Shown: positions 11,831 through 26,287 of the stretch, one piece after another
Layout of the letters: every line of letters starts with the position of its first letter
How positions within the stretch are numbered: the stretch's first letter is position 1
NCBI RefSeq assembly: GCF_023055435.1
Contig: NW_025963857.1
Coordinates: 9,424,001 to 9,488,000 of the forward strand
Length of the DNA stretch: 64,000 nucleotides
Direction of reading: 5' to 3'
From: Haliotis rufescens
Taxonomy: Eukaryota
Program-made: the position numbers and the translations under genes
The notes under the pieces: model-generated
The model's input: the letters and a program-made list of their open reading frames with translations, nothing else
Told to the model about the DNA's origin: nothing
Database searches by the model: none

Positions 11831-14800
11831 CAAGGAGATGGTTACTCCTTGTTAATGTGCAGAAGTTGATGAGATCTCCCATGGAGACTCAAGCTGAAGA
11901 CATTATGGTAATAATGTTAATGACTACCTGATTTCTTGTTTGTTTGGAAAAACAGTGCAAATCATCTGTATCAAAACAACTTTTAGAGAAATTAACAGAT
12001 TAACTTTAAATAACCATGCATCTTAGACACATATATAGACTGTCTGACTATATATAAAAAAACTGAATTGCGGATGTCCTCAAGTTACATCTGCCCCCTG
12101 ACTGACTCATGAGTAAGTGGTCTCAATTACCAGCTCGTCATGACTAATAGCTCCAGTTCATGATGAGTTTGCTTTATTATCTCATTGTAGATGATATTAC
12201 TCACATAAATTTAACATGATAACAGAGAAATACATTGAAAGGCTTGCTATATATGTTATATTGTAACAGGCAGCGCTGATATCCAATATGGAGTAGTGCT
12301 TCACAGCATTCAAACATTAACCAAAGCAAAGCTTATGTGGTTTATGTGTATATTGTTATTCCAGTAATTATTTGCACCATGCAATAGGCAGTAACTAGGA
12401 ACAAGACTGCAAACTGACATACACACTTCTATATATAAAGAAATATCCATTTTTTCTGCATTTAGTAATGAAATACTACATTTTTATGAAAATATAAAAT
12501 CCATATTTCACTGAAGTGAAATTACACTTTATGCTGGAACTATTTTCACTATGTTTTTTAGAGTAACATCATGAAAATCATGCAAGAAAATAAGAAAGAA
12601 ATAAACATTTGTCTCTTTTCTTGCCAAATAACATGTTTGTTATATACTTTAATGTGAAAGACTGAGTTTTCTGAAGTTGAGAAAAGTGATTTTTTCACTG
12701 CAATGAACATAACACTTGATATCTCAGGGCAGTGAACATAACACTTTGGTAGAACTTTTGTCTCACAAGTTATGACCCTGCAAATTGTCTCATTTGTCAA
12801 GCATATACACAAACTGATGACTTCCATTTTACACTAGTTCCACACTGACAAGGCAAAATAATTACAGCTGGTCATTTATGGAGTTAATAATGCTTCTTGT
12901 AAGTTTCTCACATAACTCGTCAATGGAGCCTTCGTTTCACAAAACGCCATTTTCGCTACTTGACTAGCTTGTGTTCTTTGGCTTCCAACAGTGGTCTCAT
13001 AGAATTCAAGAATATTTTTTGTTGAAGTAGATTTTGTATATAATCATATCCAAATTTATTATAATTCATTTTATTGACCTCTATTGGCTATTGTTTATAT
13101 GTCTTAAGATTCTGCAAACACGGAACTTCTTTTTAAGTCGCAATAACTAGAGTTGGTGAAACCTCCCTGCCTGTTAGGTAGGAAGAAAAATAATAATATA
13201 TGTCTCAAGTTTTTACATATGTAATGAAATAATTTAATTTTCTGAGTTCCAAAACGATTAAACTGATGTTTCCACCTTCAAATTTCCTTCCACAGTGGGT
13301 ATAACCTTCAAATTCAAAGTCGTGGTGTTCAACCCCCATGATCATCACTCGCATCACGTGCAGATCCTGGGGTTGCCATTGTTGTGTTTGGGGGCCGAAT
13401 TTCACTGGAAATGTTTCCTCTGTAAGGATCTATATTACTTTGTCTCGTATTCATTTGCATTTGTTACAAGTATGATCGCAAAATGAAATATCCCCTACTT
13501 TTTTTTAATAGTATATAATAAATACGATATTCCATGAAATATGTTTCTCTCACTGAGTGACTGGGGGAAAGGAGATATTTTCACGGTTGGTGTATATTTA
13601 TTTCATTTCTTCACCTGCAAAGTTGACATTTTCAATTATGTCTGTGCCACTCATGAAAATATAAACTTTGCAGTTCACTCAATGAGATAAACATGTTATG
13701 TGACAAGAAAAGAAAAAAATATCCTCTATATACAGATATATGATATATCGTTATGACATTCCTCATCACCCAATAATGGCCAACATTGCTTTAATGGTTG
13801 AGTTCAACTTCTCAACCATTTTGTATGGTCTTGTCTGGTAAATTGATATGCAGTTAACAGTTCAGACCTTGTCCAAAAGATTTACAAAGTACATTTTGCC
13901 AAATAGTTACTAGATCCTATTCAAAATGTATCTAAATCCTTCAGTAATACATGCTCACTCAAACTAATCATGCTAATAGTTATAAGACAGTTAATAATAT
14001 TTCAGAAATGTTTCCGTAAATAACGACTTTGAGGTTTTTGAAGTTCATAAAAAGGTGATGCAAAAACCTTTTTATCAATATCCTAATCAGCATATGATAG
14101 TAATTTCACCAGCTTGTTAAGAAGTGAGGTAATTGAATCTTAGATTGGACCCTTCCTCTCTCTAACTCTAAACATAAGAGTAATGGCAAGGATAACTTGA
14201 CTTAATCTCAAACGATGTATCAAACATCGCCCTGTGCAAGTGACTTGGGTTTAACGCCACTTTGAACAATATTTCAGTTATGTCACGGCATGTCAGCTTA
14301 ATATGGGGGAAAGACAGAAGTGCCAGTCTTAGATTGTTTACCGCTTTGATGAAACCCACGAACACAGGTTGGTGCTGAAGCAGCATCAGGGATCCATGAT
14401 CCAAACCCAGTATCAAAGGATTCTCAACTCTGCTCACCACACTGCCATGACTGAGGCGACTGTGCCATCCATGCCAAGTTGCCATGTGATAAATAGATAT
14501 ATCAACCTCTTATGACCACAATTTCGGTCGATATTGGATATAACCGAGGAGTCATGTACTTTGCCAGACCCAACCCTTGAGACTTTACCCCAAGCCTTAG
14601 CATTGAACATCAATAGGTCACCTACTTCAAAAGATTCTTATCTCAAAGTGAGCATGCCTATAATTATCATCAACGTAATTTACAAATCATCATCACCTAA
14701 TTCTGCCATAGTACATGCATCTAGCTGAAAGTCATCATGTACCCGGTACTACGTCCAGCTTCAAATAACTTTCAATCTCATCTAATCAGGAGACTTCACA

Positions 14801-15190
14801 TGCACCTGATGGCTGACAGCTGCAAAGGCAGGTAACTGACCACATGCTACAACCATTGGACAAAGTCAACATGTTTGTCATACACATCTATAATTACCGC
14901 CACCTTCATCTATGTGGGAAAAATCTGCTCTTTAAGATAATCAAAACAAATCAATTATATTTATTATCAAGCCAGTAACATCAGTTAATAACCACGCAGA
15001 ATACAATGTTAGGCCATCACCTTCAACCTCTGGTAGCGAGCTTGATACCATGAATATTATAACCTGTTCTGTCACTAGGACAAGGTTGCCTTACCGTACG
15101 TCACTCATGTCATTGATGCGAGATGAGCAAGCCTTGCTTCTGTCCCTGTTGCACAACCCATCACAACTCAAATCAATAAAAGTGCAACAC

Positions 15191-15563
15191 ATCGTGTCTT
15201 GTGCAGGCCTACCAATGAAAACCAGCAGAGCATCCGAACTGTGGAATATGTACACATATCAATAGAAATAGCCACACAAATTACAAAAGACCTAATCCCC
15301 ATGAAGTGTGCATCGTAATGATTAAAACCCGCCACATTTTCAATGGAACCAAAGTTAGTAAATCCCGCAGACCACGACGAACCAAGTGCGTACACTTTCG
15401 GTTCGTAGCGGTCTCCATTGAATATGTGGGTTTTAATCATTATGAGGCACACTTTATGGGGATTGCATCTTGTTTGCAGTTTGTGAATGGTTATTTCTAT
15501 TTAAATGGTGTACATATGACAGTTTTGTTGCTCTCTGCAGATTTTCATTGGCAAACGTGTGTA
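15191..15563. mobile_element. Fold-back (long-TIR) element
   Basis: About 150-bp imperfect inverted arms; the ORF track shows the same peptides (KTHIFNG, GFNHY.AHFMGI) on both strands. Confidence 0.78.
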
Positions 15564-16309
15564 GATACATCAAAATTAGAATTAATTCACATGTAGATCA
15601 TGCACACTAAACAGGACACAAAAACATGGACAGAAACTGTTTTTCTACTGAGACAAACGTTTCTCATACACAAATCTGATACAGGGTCCATTTTGTGAAT
15701 GCCAGCAGCATGAGCCAAACTCACAGGGTTACACCTTGTTGTTAGAAGGAGAGGGAAATGTTAATCAGTACTGAGGTGTGTTATGCAGAGGCTAAAGCAG
15801 CCAGCTACGACAGATTTCAGGCACTCAAAGAGCTTCTCTTCAGCATCTAATGATTCTATAGAACTCTTGTAAGTGTCCTTTCTGAATAATCTCATTGCAT
15901 TTTGACATGTACAGGCGTCCTGCCAATTATTTACATACCCAATGCAGAGACCAAAGCTGTGTTTGTAAACCTAGCCATTCTGAAGTTCAAGAGGATACAG
16001 GTGTCTTATCCTTTTGTCAGAGCGTCAGTCCCTTCAACAGTCCCCTGGCAGCTTACACTTGTTACGGTCAGAACATCTGACACCTTACTTGGGTACACTC
16101 TACAGTAACTCAGAACCTACTGGCAGTACATCCTACTGCTGTCATTACTGAAGTCACTTCATGATAATGTAAAAAAATGCAATTAAGACAGTGTAGCCTA
16201 CTGTAAGCAAAGCCCTGTCCATCATACAGTCAACACCCTACAGCCAGCCAGTGTCTTTGTGTGTCCATTTTACTCAGAAAATACTCTTCAGTCAGAAATT
16301 ATCTTTATA

Positions 16310-18105
16310 CCATCAAACAGTCAGTGAACACCCTTCAGTCAGCCATACCTGTGTCCAACCACCAGTCAGTTTCACCCCTGTCCATCCAACCATCAGTGAA
16401 CACCCTACAGTCAGCTACACCCATGTCCACCAAACCATCAGGGAACATCCTACAATCAGCTACACCCTTGTCCATCCAACCATCAGTGAACACCCTACAG
16501 TCAGAAACATCTTTGTCCATCCAACCATCAGTGAACACCCTACAGTCAGCTACACCCTTGTCCATCCAACCATCAGTGAACACCCTACAGTCAGCTACAC
16601 CCTTGTCCATCCAACCATCAGTGAACACCCTACAGTCAGAAACATCTTTGTCCATCCAACCATCAGTGAACACCCTACAGTCAGCTACACCATTGTTTAT
16701 CCAACCATCAGTGAACACAGTAGTCAGCTACACCCTTGTCCTTCCAACCATCAGTGAACACCCAAGGCAGCAACACCTTTGTCCATCCAACCATCAGTGA
16801 ACACCCTTCAGTCAGCCATATCTGTATCCATCCACCAGTCAGTTTCACCCCTGTCCATCAACCATCAGTGAACACCCTACAGTCATCTACTCCTTTGTCC
16901 ATCCAACCATCAGTGGACACCCTACAATCGTCTACTTCTTTTTCCATCGAACCATCAGTGAACACCCTTCAGTCAGCTACACCCTTGACCTTCCAACCAT
17001 CAGTGAACACCCTACAGTCAGCTACACCCTTGTCCATCCAACCATCAGTGAACACCCTACAGTCAGCTACACCCTTGTCCATCCAACCATCAGTGAACAC
17101 CCTACAGTCATCTACTCCTTTGTCCATCCAACCATCAGTGGACACCCTACAATCGTCTACTTCTTTTTCCATCGAACCATCAGTGAACACCCTTCAGTCA
17201 GCTACACCCTTGACCTTCCAACCATCAGTGAACACCCTACAGTCAGCTACACCCTTGTCCATCCAACCATCAGTGGACACCCTACAGTCAGCTACACCCT
17301 TGACCTTCCAACCATCAGTGAACACCCTACAGTCATCTCCACCTTGGTCCATCCAACCATCAGTGAACACCCTAGTCAGCAACACCTTTGTCCATCCAAC
17401 CATCAGTGAACACCCTTCAGTCAGCCATACCTGTGTCCATCCACCAGTCAGTTTCACCCTTGTCCATCCAACCATCAGTGAACACCCAAGGCAGCAACAC
17501 CTTTGTCCTTCCAACCATCAGTGAACACCCTACAGTCAGCTACACCCCTGTCCATACAACCATCAGTGAACACTCAAGGCAGCAACACCTTTGTCCTTCC
17601 AACCATCAGTGAACACCCTAGAGTCAGCTACAACCTTGTCCATCCCACCATCAGTGAACACCCTACAGTCAGAAACATCTTTGTCCATCAAACCATCAGT
17701 GAACACCCTACAGTCAGCTACACCCTTGTCCTTCCAACCATCAGTGAACACCCTACAGTCAGCTACACCCTTGTCCATCCAACCATCAGTGAACACCCTT
17801 CAGTCAGCTACACCCTTGTCCATCCAACCATCAGTGAACACCCAAGGCAGCAACACCTTTGTCCATCCAACCATCAGTGAACACCCTAGTCAGCTACACC
17901 CCTGTCCATACAACCATCAGTGAACACCCAAGGCAGCAACACCCCTGTCCATCCAAACATCAGTGAACACCCTACAGTCAGCTACACCCTTGTCCATCAA
18001 CCATCAGTGAACACCCTACAGTCAGCTACACCCTTGTCCATACAACCATCAGTGAACACCCAAGTCAGCAATACCTTTGTTCATCCAACCATCAGTGAAC
18101 ACTAA
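16310..18105. repeat. 45-bp minisatellite, about 40 units, decaying into about 16-21-bp units up to about 18330
   Basis: CCATCAGTGAACACCCTACAGTCAGCTACACCCTTGTCCATCCAA. Confidence 0.97.
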
Positions 18106-19484
18106 GTGACACCTTTGTAGAATCATGTAGTCAGTACATCATGTAGTCAGTACATCATAAGGTCAGTACATCATGCTGACAGTACACCTAAGTCAGTACA
18201 TCATAAAATCAGTACACCCTAAAGTCAGCAATTCTGTAGTCAGTACACCTGGAACTCAGTAAAATATACATCAGTACATGCCCATAGTCAGTACATCTTA
18301 AAGCCAGTACACCTCAGTGGTCAGAACACAGAGTCTTGTAGTCAACAGCAAATCTGACCAGGTTAATATTTCTGTCAAGGAAACACACAACCTAAGTCTG
18401 TTACAATAGTGGTCTACCTCATACAAATCTGATCTATGAGATGAGATTGATTATTAGAATGCAGGGTTGGTTAATACTAAAGCCGTCAAAGGATAATGCT
18501 GGGATGTGGAAAGGTAAGCGAAGATGGTGCAGCAGAGTAGACTGAGAGACATATTACAATGATATATATGGTATCTATCATGTGATGTCTAACCTGTGAC
18601 TACTGGGAGTTTTCTCACTCAGTGAGGAATTGGAGCTATACAGCATCCCTGGGGAATGAGTCAAGCTGAAATATAGAGCAGCATCAGGCTTGAGATCATG
18701 CCTGCCTTAGTGGCATCATTTCATACATCATCCTACATGGTGCTGGAGGTGAGAACACTCCAAGAGCTTCATGTGCATTCAAATCTTACAGGAAATGGTC
18801 TTTTGAGACTCTTATTTCATCTTGATTAACTTCATGCTCTTCGGTTATGATAGATTTATCCTTTTTTAGCAACAGAATCACTTCATGCTCATTTGTTTAA
18901 TGATTTATCAGTTCGGGAAAAGGACTAACTTCATCATGTTCATTCTCTTTGTTATAATAAATTATCATTTCAGCCAAAAATAAACTTCATACCTTTTTGT
19001 TTAGTAAATTTATAATTTCAGCAAAAAGATTCACTTCATGCCCTATTGTTATTACAGATTTAAGTTCATGCCTAAAATGCCTTTGTTATTTGAACTGATA
19101 GACTGGGCATGGGTACAAAATGACCTTCAACAGAGGTTTGACCTTCAACCATGATCACTGGACACATGGATAATATGTAAAAGGTGGGACCAGTGACTGT
19201 TACATGGCCTAGAACTCCAAGGATGTGTTGAAAGCAGGCTGGATCGATGGAGAGCCAAAGGGTAAATCAAAGGTGGGTTTAACTGATGGAGTGACCAAGT
19301 GCAGTTGAAGGTGGGTTGGAAAGATCGAGAAACCATCTGGTCAGGTTAAAGTGTGTTGGAATGACAGTGGACATATCTAGGCCTGCTCAGAGGCTGATAT
19401 TCGGCCACAAATATGGAGCTAAAGAACAGTAAAAGTCCTTATTTGAATCTACAGTTTCTAAATTCCGCAGAATTTACAAAAATA

Positions 19485-19822
19485 CCGTATTCGACGTAAT
19501 AAGCGCCCAGGGCGCTCTCAAAATTAGAAATAGGGGGCTCTTATTAGAATATTATTTTGGTGAAAAAAAACAGAGTTGAAAGATATATTTCGTGGTTTAT
19601 GCTGACAGCCTAAAATGTTTATATACGACAGATATATTTTCCCAGAATTTAATTGCCCATAATTAAGGGTGCATATAACACACAAGTGCGTATTATACGC
19701 GAAGTCTTGTGTACATTGATCAATCGACAGGGGGTGCTAATTGGATTGTACACTAGCCAATATATTAGCAAATATCGCCGTGGGCGCTTTTTAGAGCAGG
19801 GCGCTTATTACGTCGAATACAG
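19485..19822. mobile_element. Tc1/mariner-pogo-type MITE
   Basis: TIR C(C/T)GTATTCGACGTAATAAGCGCCC, TA TSD; second copy at 58529. Confidence 0.88.
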
Positions 19823-21894
19823 TAAATAAATTTTAAAAAATCCAAGTTTGAAAAATATCTTGTTTTCCCCTAAATTGGCCGCCAAGGTGAGATGAGTTGG
19901 AGGTTTTGAGAGACCATATGAAAGGTAAAGGGGGGTTGGAGAGATAGAGAGACCATTAAGGGAAAGTTAATTGTGGAACCTATGTCATATGGATAACAAC
20001 CTGAAGGTAGGAAGTATGTAGCATGGAGTTAAGTACATATATTAGGTAGAAGGACAAGAGCCTCAGACCATGTTTGTGCTCAACTGATTGTCCAACAAAC
20101 ATTGAATTTTGAAGACTATTACAAGTTACACTGAAAAAACACACAGAACAAGTAGCTTACAACCTAGTTTAGCTAGTTTTATTTATTTAAAATCTCATTG
20201 ATGATAAGGACTTGAAGAGACATGACAGTACTTCTTAAACACTTATTGATGACCTCTATATTAAGCATAAACGACGACCTCTATATTAAGCATAAATTCA
20301 ACACTAAAGTAACTAGTACCCCTAGTTAAGATAAAAACTTAGGTACAGCAAAATGCCAACAGAAGGGTTGAGATCAACCCCCTTGAAAGATTCTGTTTTT
20401 AAGTCATGTGATCCTAACCAAACAAAATATCAAGACACTGGTTTGACTTGCAAAAGATGTGATATCAAGAGTTTTACAAACAGAGCAACAGAGGACAGAA
20501 AATGCATGACAGCCAGTTGAGCTTGAAAAGTCTGACTGTGGACAAGTTAGTTTTATTAGAGATTAATATAGATAATCATTTTTTTATATTTGGTATATAT
20601 TTATTTTATCTGGATGCACATGTAGTCTTGTAAAATGTATCAAGGCAAGAAACAACTCAAAGAAATCTGGAATAGAAGTTAAACAATTAATCTGAATAAA
20701 GGGCAGGCAGAGTGCATATGAAGAATTCCCATACACTGTGGACAATGTCAGACTGATGAACTCTGGCCGCTGATGAGGTCATCCGATTCAGCATTCAACA
20801 ACACTATGCGTGAGTTGTGTTCTACGCTGCTTTGAACTGTACATCAGTTACATCACAGAATGCCAGCTAAATGTGGGAGGAAAGTTTGAAGTGATCCAGG
20901 TGTTCCACATTCACCACCCTGCTGGAATCCCAAGCATGGTTTCAGTGTTGAAACACCAAGGATCATAATCAGGGCAAATCAGGGATTTGACCCCAGAAAT
21001 AACAGGATCTCCTGGCACATCTAAGGAACACCACTCTGTACAGAGAACTGTAGCACTGTTGGCGAATTGTGTCCGAAAGTACAAAATGATTGAAAAAAAA
21101 ATTAATTTAACTGCAGTTCACAAATATACTACTAAAAAAAGTTATTCTTTCATGTTTCTAAACTTAATCAAACTTGCCATGACAGATTAACTGTAGTAAT
21201 ATAGCAGTACTTAACCTGACATGCCAGGACTGATTAACTATAGTAATATGAAAGAATCAGGTGGTCCTTAACTTGTTTTGAGTAGTATAGTAACAAGTTG
21301 ACTACACTTTGAAGATTTTCGTTGGATCTGATAAAACGTTAATTTAACAGAAAGGTTCTGATGCCAGTAAACAGCACTGAACCATATGGATTAGGTAGCG
21401 CTGAGCATCAGTGAGAGTCTCATCAGTATCATGTCCACCGTGTATAGATATTCCATTTGTTTAAGTGCAGAAGACACTACATACAGGCAAGCAATAATCG
21501 CACCCAACATCAAGCCTAGCTTTACACAGGGCACATAAGCATGATGATGCCAGCCATGATACAAGTACAAATCCCATACTGCAAATCCTTTGGTAAAATA
21601 ACCATGATAATAAGGGATACAGATAATATAATAACTTTATTTCATAACTACAAAGATAGTGGAAATGCTATTACTATTATGAAATAAACTGAAAATATTT
21701 CGAGTGTCTTCAGTATCTGATTCTTATCACAAATCTTATGACACTCAGTTGAATTTGTTTGAAATATTTTTCCTTTTACAGAGGAAAATAATGTCATGCA
21801 ACAGACCCAACCATCTACCCATGCATTGTTGGACAAGCCAACATACACGCCTTACATGTGACTATGAATATACACACAGACACACACACACACA

Positions 21895-22420
21895 GCATCT
21901 TCCCGAGGCAAGGGAGTTAACTGACTATAAAAGTCCAGTTTCTACACTTGCCGAACTAGGCTGGAATAATGGAGTCATATTTTGGCTGGACTAACGAGTG
22001 TGCGCATAGTCCAATCAATCTCGTAATAAAATCGACATCCATTTCATAAACTGCAGTACAGGTTTTAGTCGATTGCAGGATTTGCATAGCATGTGTACCG
22101 CCATCTCAGGATCAATAGATATTTTTCAAATCTTTTCATCTTTTTAATCAAGGTGCTCACGTGATTTGATACACTTTATCACTATATAGAATTTGATTAT
22201 CAATCAGATCGTGTTAACTGGGCGCCACCATTTTGTTTGAAGCAAATGCAAGTAATATGAGGGGTGGAATCTGATTGGTCAATAGGGGGAACACAGAAGG
22301 GACATAACTCATAATAGCCACTCTTGGCGCTACGATCGAGCCCTGAAATTCCAGTCTTGTTCAGCAAGGGTGGAAACTGGACTTTGACAGTCAGTTAACT
22401 CCCTTGCCTAGGGAAGATGC
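21895..22420. mobile_element. MITE with about 75-bp TIRs inserted in a (CA)n tract
   Basis: GCATCTTCCC.AGGCAAGGGAGTTAACTGACT... inverted at both ends; related end fragment at about 63916-64000. Confidence 0.87.
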
Positions 22421-23046
22421 ACACACAGACACTACTACCATACACACACAACATACAACGATGAATGGAATGTAGTCTGACTCAGTGTCTCTGTGTAGGG
22501 AGCTTGATATGGGAGGACAACCGGAATTGAGGCGAGATGAGATGAAAATGGGTTTAATATTGTGTTCAACATTACTGCACTTGTATAGAAATGTGCCTGC
22601 ACGTATGGGCTTGTCTGCTTGTACTAGTCCAAACTAATGCCCATTTTATAGTGCTTGCCCCTTAAGACATACCACAGTTTAACATGAATACCCCACTCAG
22701 ACAGCATACTGACTGAGCTGACCAGTTTTTGTTTTATCCCTTTAATGCCGAGCGCCAAGCAGGGTAACAAGTTACATCTTTTAATATATTTTGGTATGAC
22801 ATGTCTGGGGATCAAACTCCGGGTAGACGCTCTCTCTGCTAGACCATGGAAGTTATGAAACCAACCAGTTCAGACAAACCAAAGATCATAATAAGGGATT
22901 TGAACCCATGACCAAGCAGATCCAGCCATTCTATGGACAGTACACACTGTGTCAGTGAACACCTATCCTGAGCAGTATGACAACACAACAAAAACAACTT
23001 TCATACAAATCTTATTCACTCCAAGTAAGTCACAATGCATACACAG

Positions 23047-23408
23047 TAGAGGTGTAACGATACGGGAGGGTCGCGATACGATACGTATCACGATACAGGG
23101 GTCGCGATACGATACGTATCACAATACAGTCTTTCTGCTCTCTAAAAGATGTGACAAGTACAGTTGAAGAAGATATAAAGTGTTTATTTACTGTTATAGC
23201 AAATTGTCAGCAATACAGTATGTTTTACTGAAACAACAAACTGGCTTTGAAACTGTTAAACGTATGTCATGTTTAAAAGTACTGGGTAAGTAAAACTGTG
23301 TTATGAAAATATCGTATGTATCGCGATACATGCTTTCCAAATCGATGCATCGTATCATGGGCTGTGCATCGGGATACAATACTGTATCGCCGTATCGTTA
23401 CACCACTA
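23047..23408. mobile_element. hAT-type MITE with CGATAC subterminal repeats
   Basis: TIR TAG(A/T)GGTGTAACGATACG; 8-bp TSD ATACAC(A/C)G. Confidence 0.85.
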
Positions 23409-24018
23409 ATACACCGGCAACTCGTCCTTTCCTTCAATACAGATGACAACTACTACAAGCTCACTTCAGATTACATGGCCAGAAAAAGCAACCAATAGGC
23501 TTAATGAACTCCACTCAAACACATGCTTTATTCACGAATGTGACACGGATTTGTGACAAGGGGACAACACTTCCACATCTTCCACGTGAAAGTTGCTCTA
23601 AATGTGAACATGTGTGCCTAGCACATGTTTCTAGCAGTTACCAGATGAACATACAGACAACTGTAAGATATAACTGTTCTATGTTATATTGATGTGTCAA
23701 ATACTGTGTCACATGTGAATATCAAACACATAAACAATTATATATTCATGCATTTGAAACCAGTCTCCAGATGTGTCAGCCATTACTGGACTTGTCATTT
23801 AGGGATTACTTGATCAAGAGCCTCCCATGCCACACATATTTCACAAATCCAAAGAACTTCAACATAATTTGACGATAGAAAAAACGTTTCATTAAGAGCT
23901 TAATACGTGTATACCCACATTTACCAACTCTACCTGTATGGCCATACATGCTTAAAAGCTCTACCTGTGTGCACACATTTCTTAAAGATCTCCCAACCTG
24001 CATGCAGATATTTCTGTA

Positions 24019-24293
24019 AGAGTGAGTGAGCGAGTTGGGTTTAACGCCGCTTTTAACAGTATTCCAGTTATATCACGGCGTGTCAGCTTAATGTGGGAGG
24101 AAAGCCCGAAGTGATGCAAGTCTCAGACGTTTACCACTTCGGTGAAACCCACGAGCACGGGTATGGTGCTGACAAACCTAGAAACATAATAGGGCCAAAC
24201 CTGGAATCGAACCCACAATCATAGTTTTCCGGCGTGCCTAAGGGATGCAACTCTGCACAGTGAACCGCGGCGCCTTAGACGACTGGGCCACCA
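24019..24293 (-). mobile_element. tRNA-derived SINE family C, full length
   Basis: Head GGTGGCCCAGTCGTCTAAGGCG, widely spaced B box GGTTCGATTCC, shared 3' tail; decayed copies at about 14234-14475, 20842-21065, 25411-25602 and 33665-33872 (all minus). Confidence 0.88.
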
Positions 24294-24306
24294 TTTATTT
24301 AACAGC

Positions 24307-24620
24307 TCCCTACGAGTATGTCCACGTTTCTTTATATGATCCCTACGAGTATGTCCACGTTTCTTTATATGATCCCTACGAGTATGTCCACGTTTCTTTA
24401 TATGATCCCTACGAGTATGCCCACGTTTCTTTATATGATCCCTACGAGTATGTCCACGTTTCTTTATATGATCCCTACCTGTATGCCCACGTTTCTTTAT
24501 ATGATCCCTACGAGTATGCCTACGTTTCTTTATATGATCCCTACGAGTATGTCCATGTTTCTTTATATGATCCCTACCTGTATGCCCACGTTTCTTTATA
24601 TGATCCCTACGAGTATGTCC
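24307..24620. repeat. 33-bp minisatellite, about 9.5 units, with decayed flanking units
   Basis: ATGATCCCTACGAGTATGTCCACGTTTCTTTAT. Confidence 0.95.
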
Positions 24621-24825
24621 AGGCATCTTTAAGTGTGCTCTACCTGTATGCACCACCATTTACAAAAAGCTTCCAGCCCGTACCCCCTAGAGGCCCTAGG
24701 AACCATCCACATGTTGCTTCAGGTCCCTATTTGAGAACCCATATGATCCCTACTTCTATGCCAGTGGAGTTCCCTCCGTTTATCTCTGTAGCCTGGTTTC
24801 AAGACAAGCATGCAGTGCCTCCTAC

Positions 24826-24937
24826 CTTCTGGTACTAATACGGTGTTTTCTCTGGGGCAACCGATTGTTCCGCGTTGTCTCAATCTCATCCTTCATGTCA
24901 AGGATCTTCTGTTTGAGCTCGGGATCCTCACATAAAT
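24826..24937 (-). CDS. PPP1R16A: PPP1R16-like coding exon 8
   Basis: gaccag|LCEDPELKQKILDMKDEIETTRNNRLPQRKHRISTR(S)|gtagga; 112 nt, phase 1 to 2. Confidence 0.9.
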
Positions 24938-25646
24938 CTGGTCACAGAAAGATAGATAGAAACACATCAAGTGGTTACCAAAGTTACAGCTGATCCATTC
25001 ACTACAAAAGCAAATCAGTTTACAATGGGAGTTTCAATATTCAAGTAAAAGTTTGTTTCAACTGTTAATCTCAAGTGTTCTACACAATTTTGGTTTACAA
25101 CAAGCATTCTCTCCTCTGCAAGCTCAAGTTCTGCTTGATACAAGCATGATCAAATGACATCATCTGCCAATATTTAACAAAGGTCAGGAATTAACGAATC
25201 TATACAGAGATGATAAATTAGAGCATGGGCAAATCCATCTTTGTGGTAAGATGTAACAGCACAAATGCTTACTATTGTGTCTTTGCACTGCATGATAACC
25301 TAAGAATAATAAGGTACCCCCAAATAATATTGGGGAGGGTGCAATATCCTACAGAACAACTCCATAAAATCAAAGTACTACAGAAGTTATTTGACAAGGA
25401 CAAGATATGTAGTGAGTGAGTGAGTTGGGTTTCAGTAGAACAGTTACATCACAGCATGTCAGCTTACTGTGGGAGTACAACCCGATGTGATTCAGGTCTC
25501 AGACATTTGCCACATTGGTAAAATCCATGAGCACGATTAGTTTGGTGCTGACAAACCTGGAAACGTAATCGGGTGAACTGAGATTCAAACCAATAATCAT
25601 AGGACAAGCCAAGTAAACTCAGTTGGTTCATAAACATGATAAATAC

Positions 25647-25722
25647 CAAAAGCAGTCTCTCCATTTCGTGTTTTGGCATCAAGATCAGCTCCATTCTGGA
25701 CAAGGAGTTCCAAAATCTCTGG
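25647..25722 (-). CDS. PPP1R16A: PPP1R16-like coding exon 7
   Basis: ttccag|PEILELLVQNGADLDAKTRNGETAF(D)|gtattt; 76 nt, phase 0 to 1; this frame is not in the ORF track. Confidence 0.93.
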
Positions 25723-25960
25723 CTGGAAAAATATAACGTAAGATATGTAGGCTCTTTTTCATCAACAGCTCCAATAAATAAGATAGGGATACATCTTAAA
25801 ACAGAACTAAGGACAAAATATATGTTCACACCAAGAAGTGATATCTATTTCAGAGCACTGTGATCATTATCATGATTATTTTAGCACATCATAACAATTG
25901 CAGATTTCTTGTACCTAAATGATTTTGAATATTTGAAGCGCAAACAGACTCCAACAGCAA

Positions 25961-26106
25961 GAGTGAGTGAGCGACCTTTCACCACTTTTAACAATATCAC
26001 TGCGGGGGACAGGAGTATGCTTCACACATTGTACCCATGTGGGAAATCGAACCCAGATGTTCAGCATAACGAGCGAACGCTTTAACCACTAGGCTACCCA
26101 CCACCC
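25961..26106 (-). mobile_element. SINE family A
   Basis: Same head and tail, small internal deletions; TSD CCAACAGCAA. Confidence 0.85.
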
Positions 26107-26161
26107 CCAACAGCAACAGACAACAGTTTACTTCAAGCAGTTTGGTTCATCATCAACTCAC

Positions 26162-26287
26162 CTGTCCCCAGTAGGCTGCTGCATGTATAGGTTGCCATGA
26201 GTCATCATCACGCATGTTGATAGCGACATGATTGGTCAGGAGATAGTCGGCCACTTCTATGTAGCCATTGGCTGCGGCTATGTGCAG
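26162..26287 (-). CDS. PPP1R16A: PPP1R16-like coding exon 6 (ankyrin repeats)
   Basis: cctcag|[42 protein letters not shown]|gtgagt; 126 nt, phase 0. Confidence 0.96.

Noticed and set aside
12430-13730. Possible large decayed TIR element
   Set aside because: Only patchy inverted similarity between about 12605-12670 and 13660-13730; ends and TSD could not be defined.
16251-18105. Mucin-like S/T/P-rich ORFs
   Set aside because: 45-bp satellite with frame-breaking indels, open in several frames on both strands, inside an intron.
24219-24838. Protamine-like (HTRRDHIKKRG) or Tyr-rich ORFs
   Set aside because: 33-bp satellite plus SINE C sequence.
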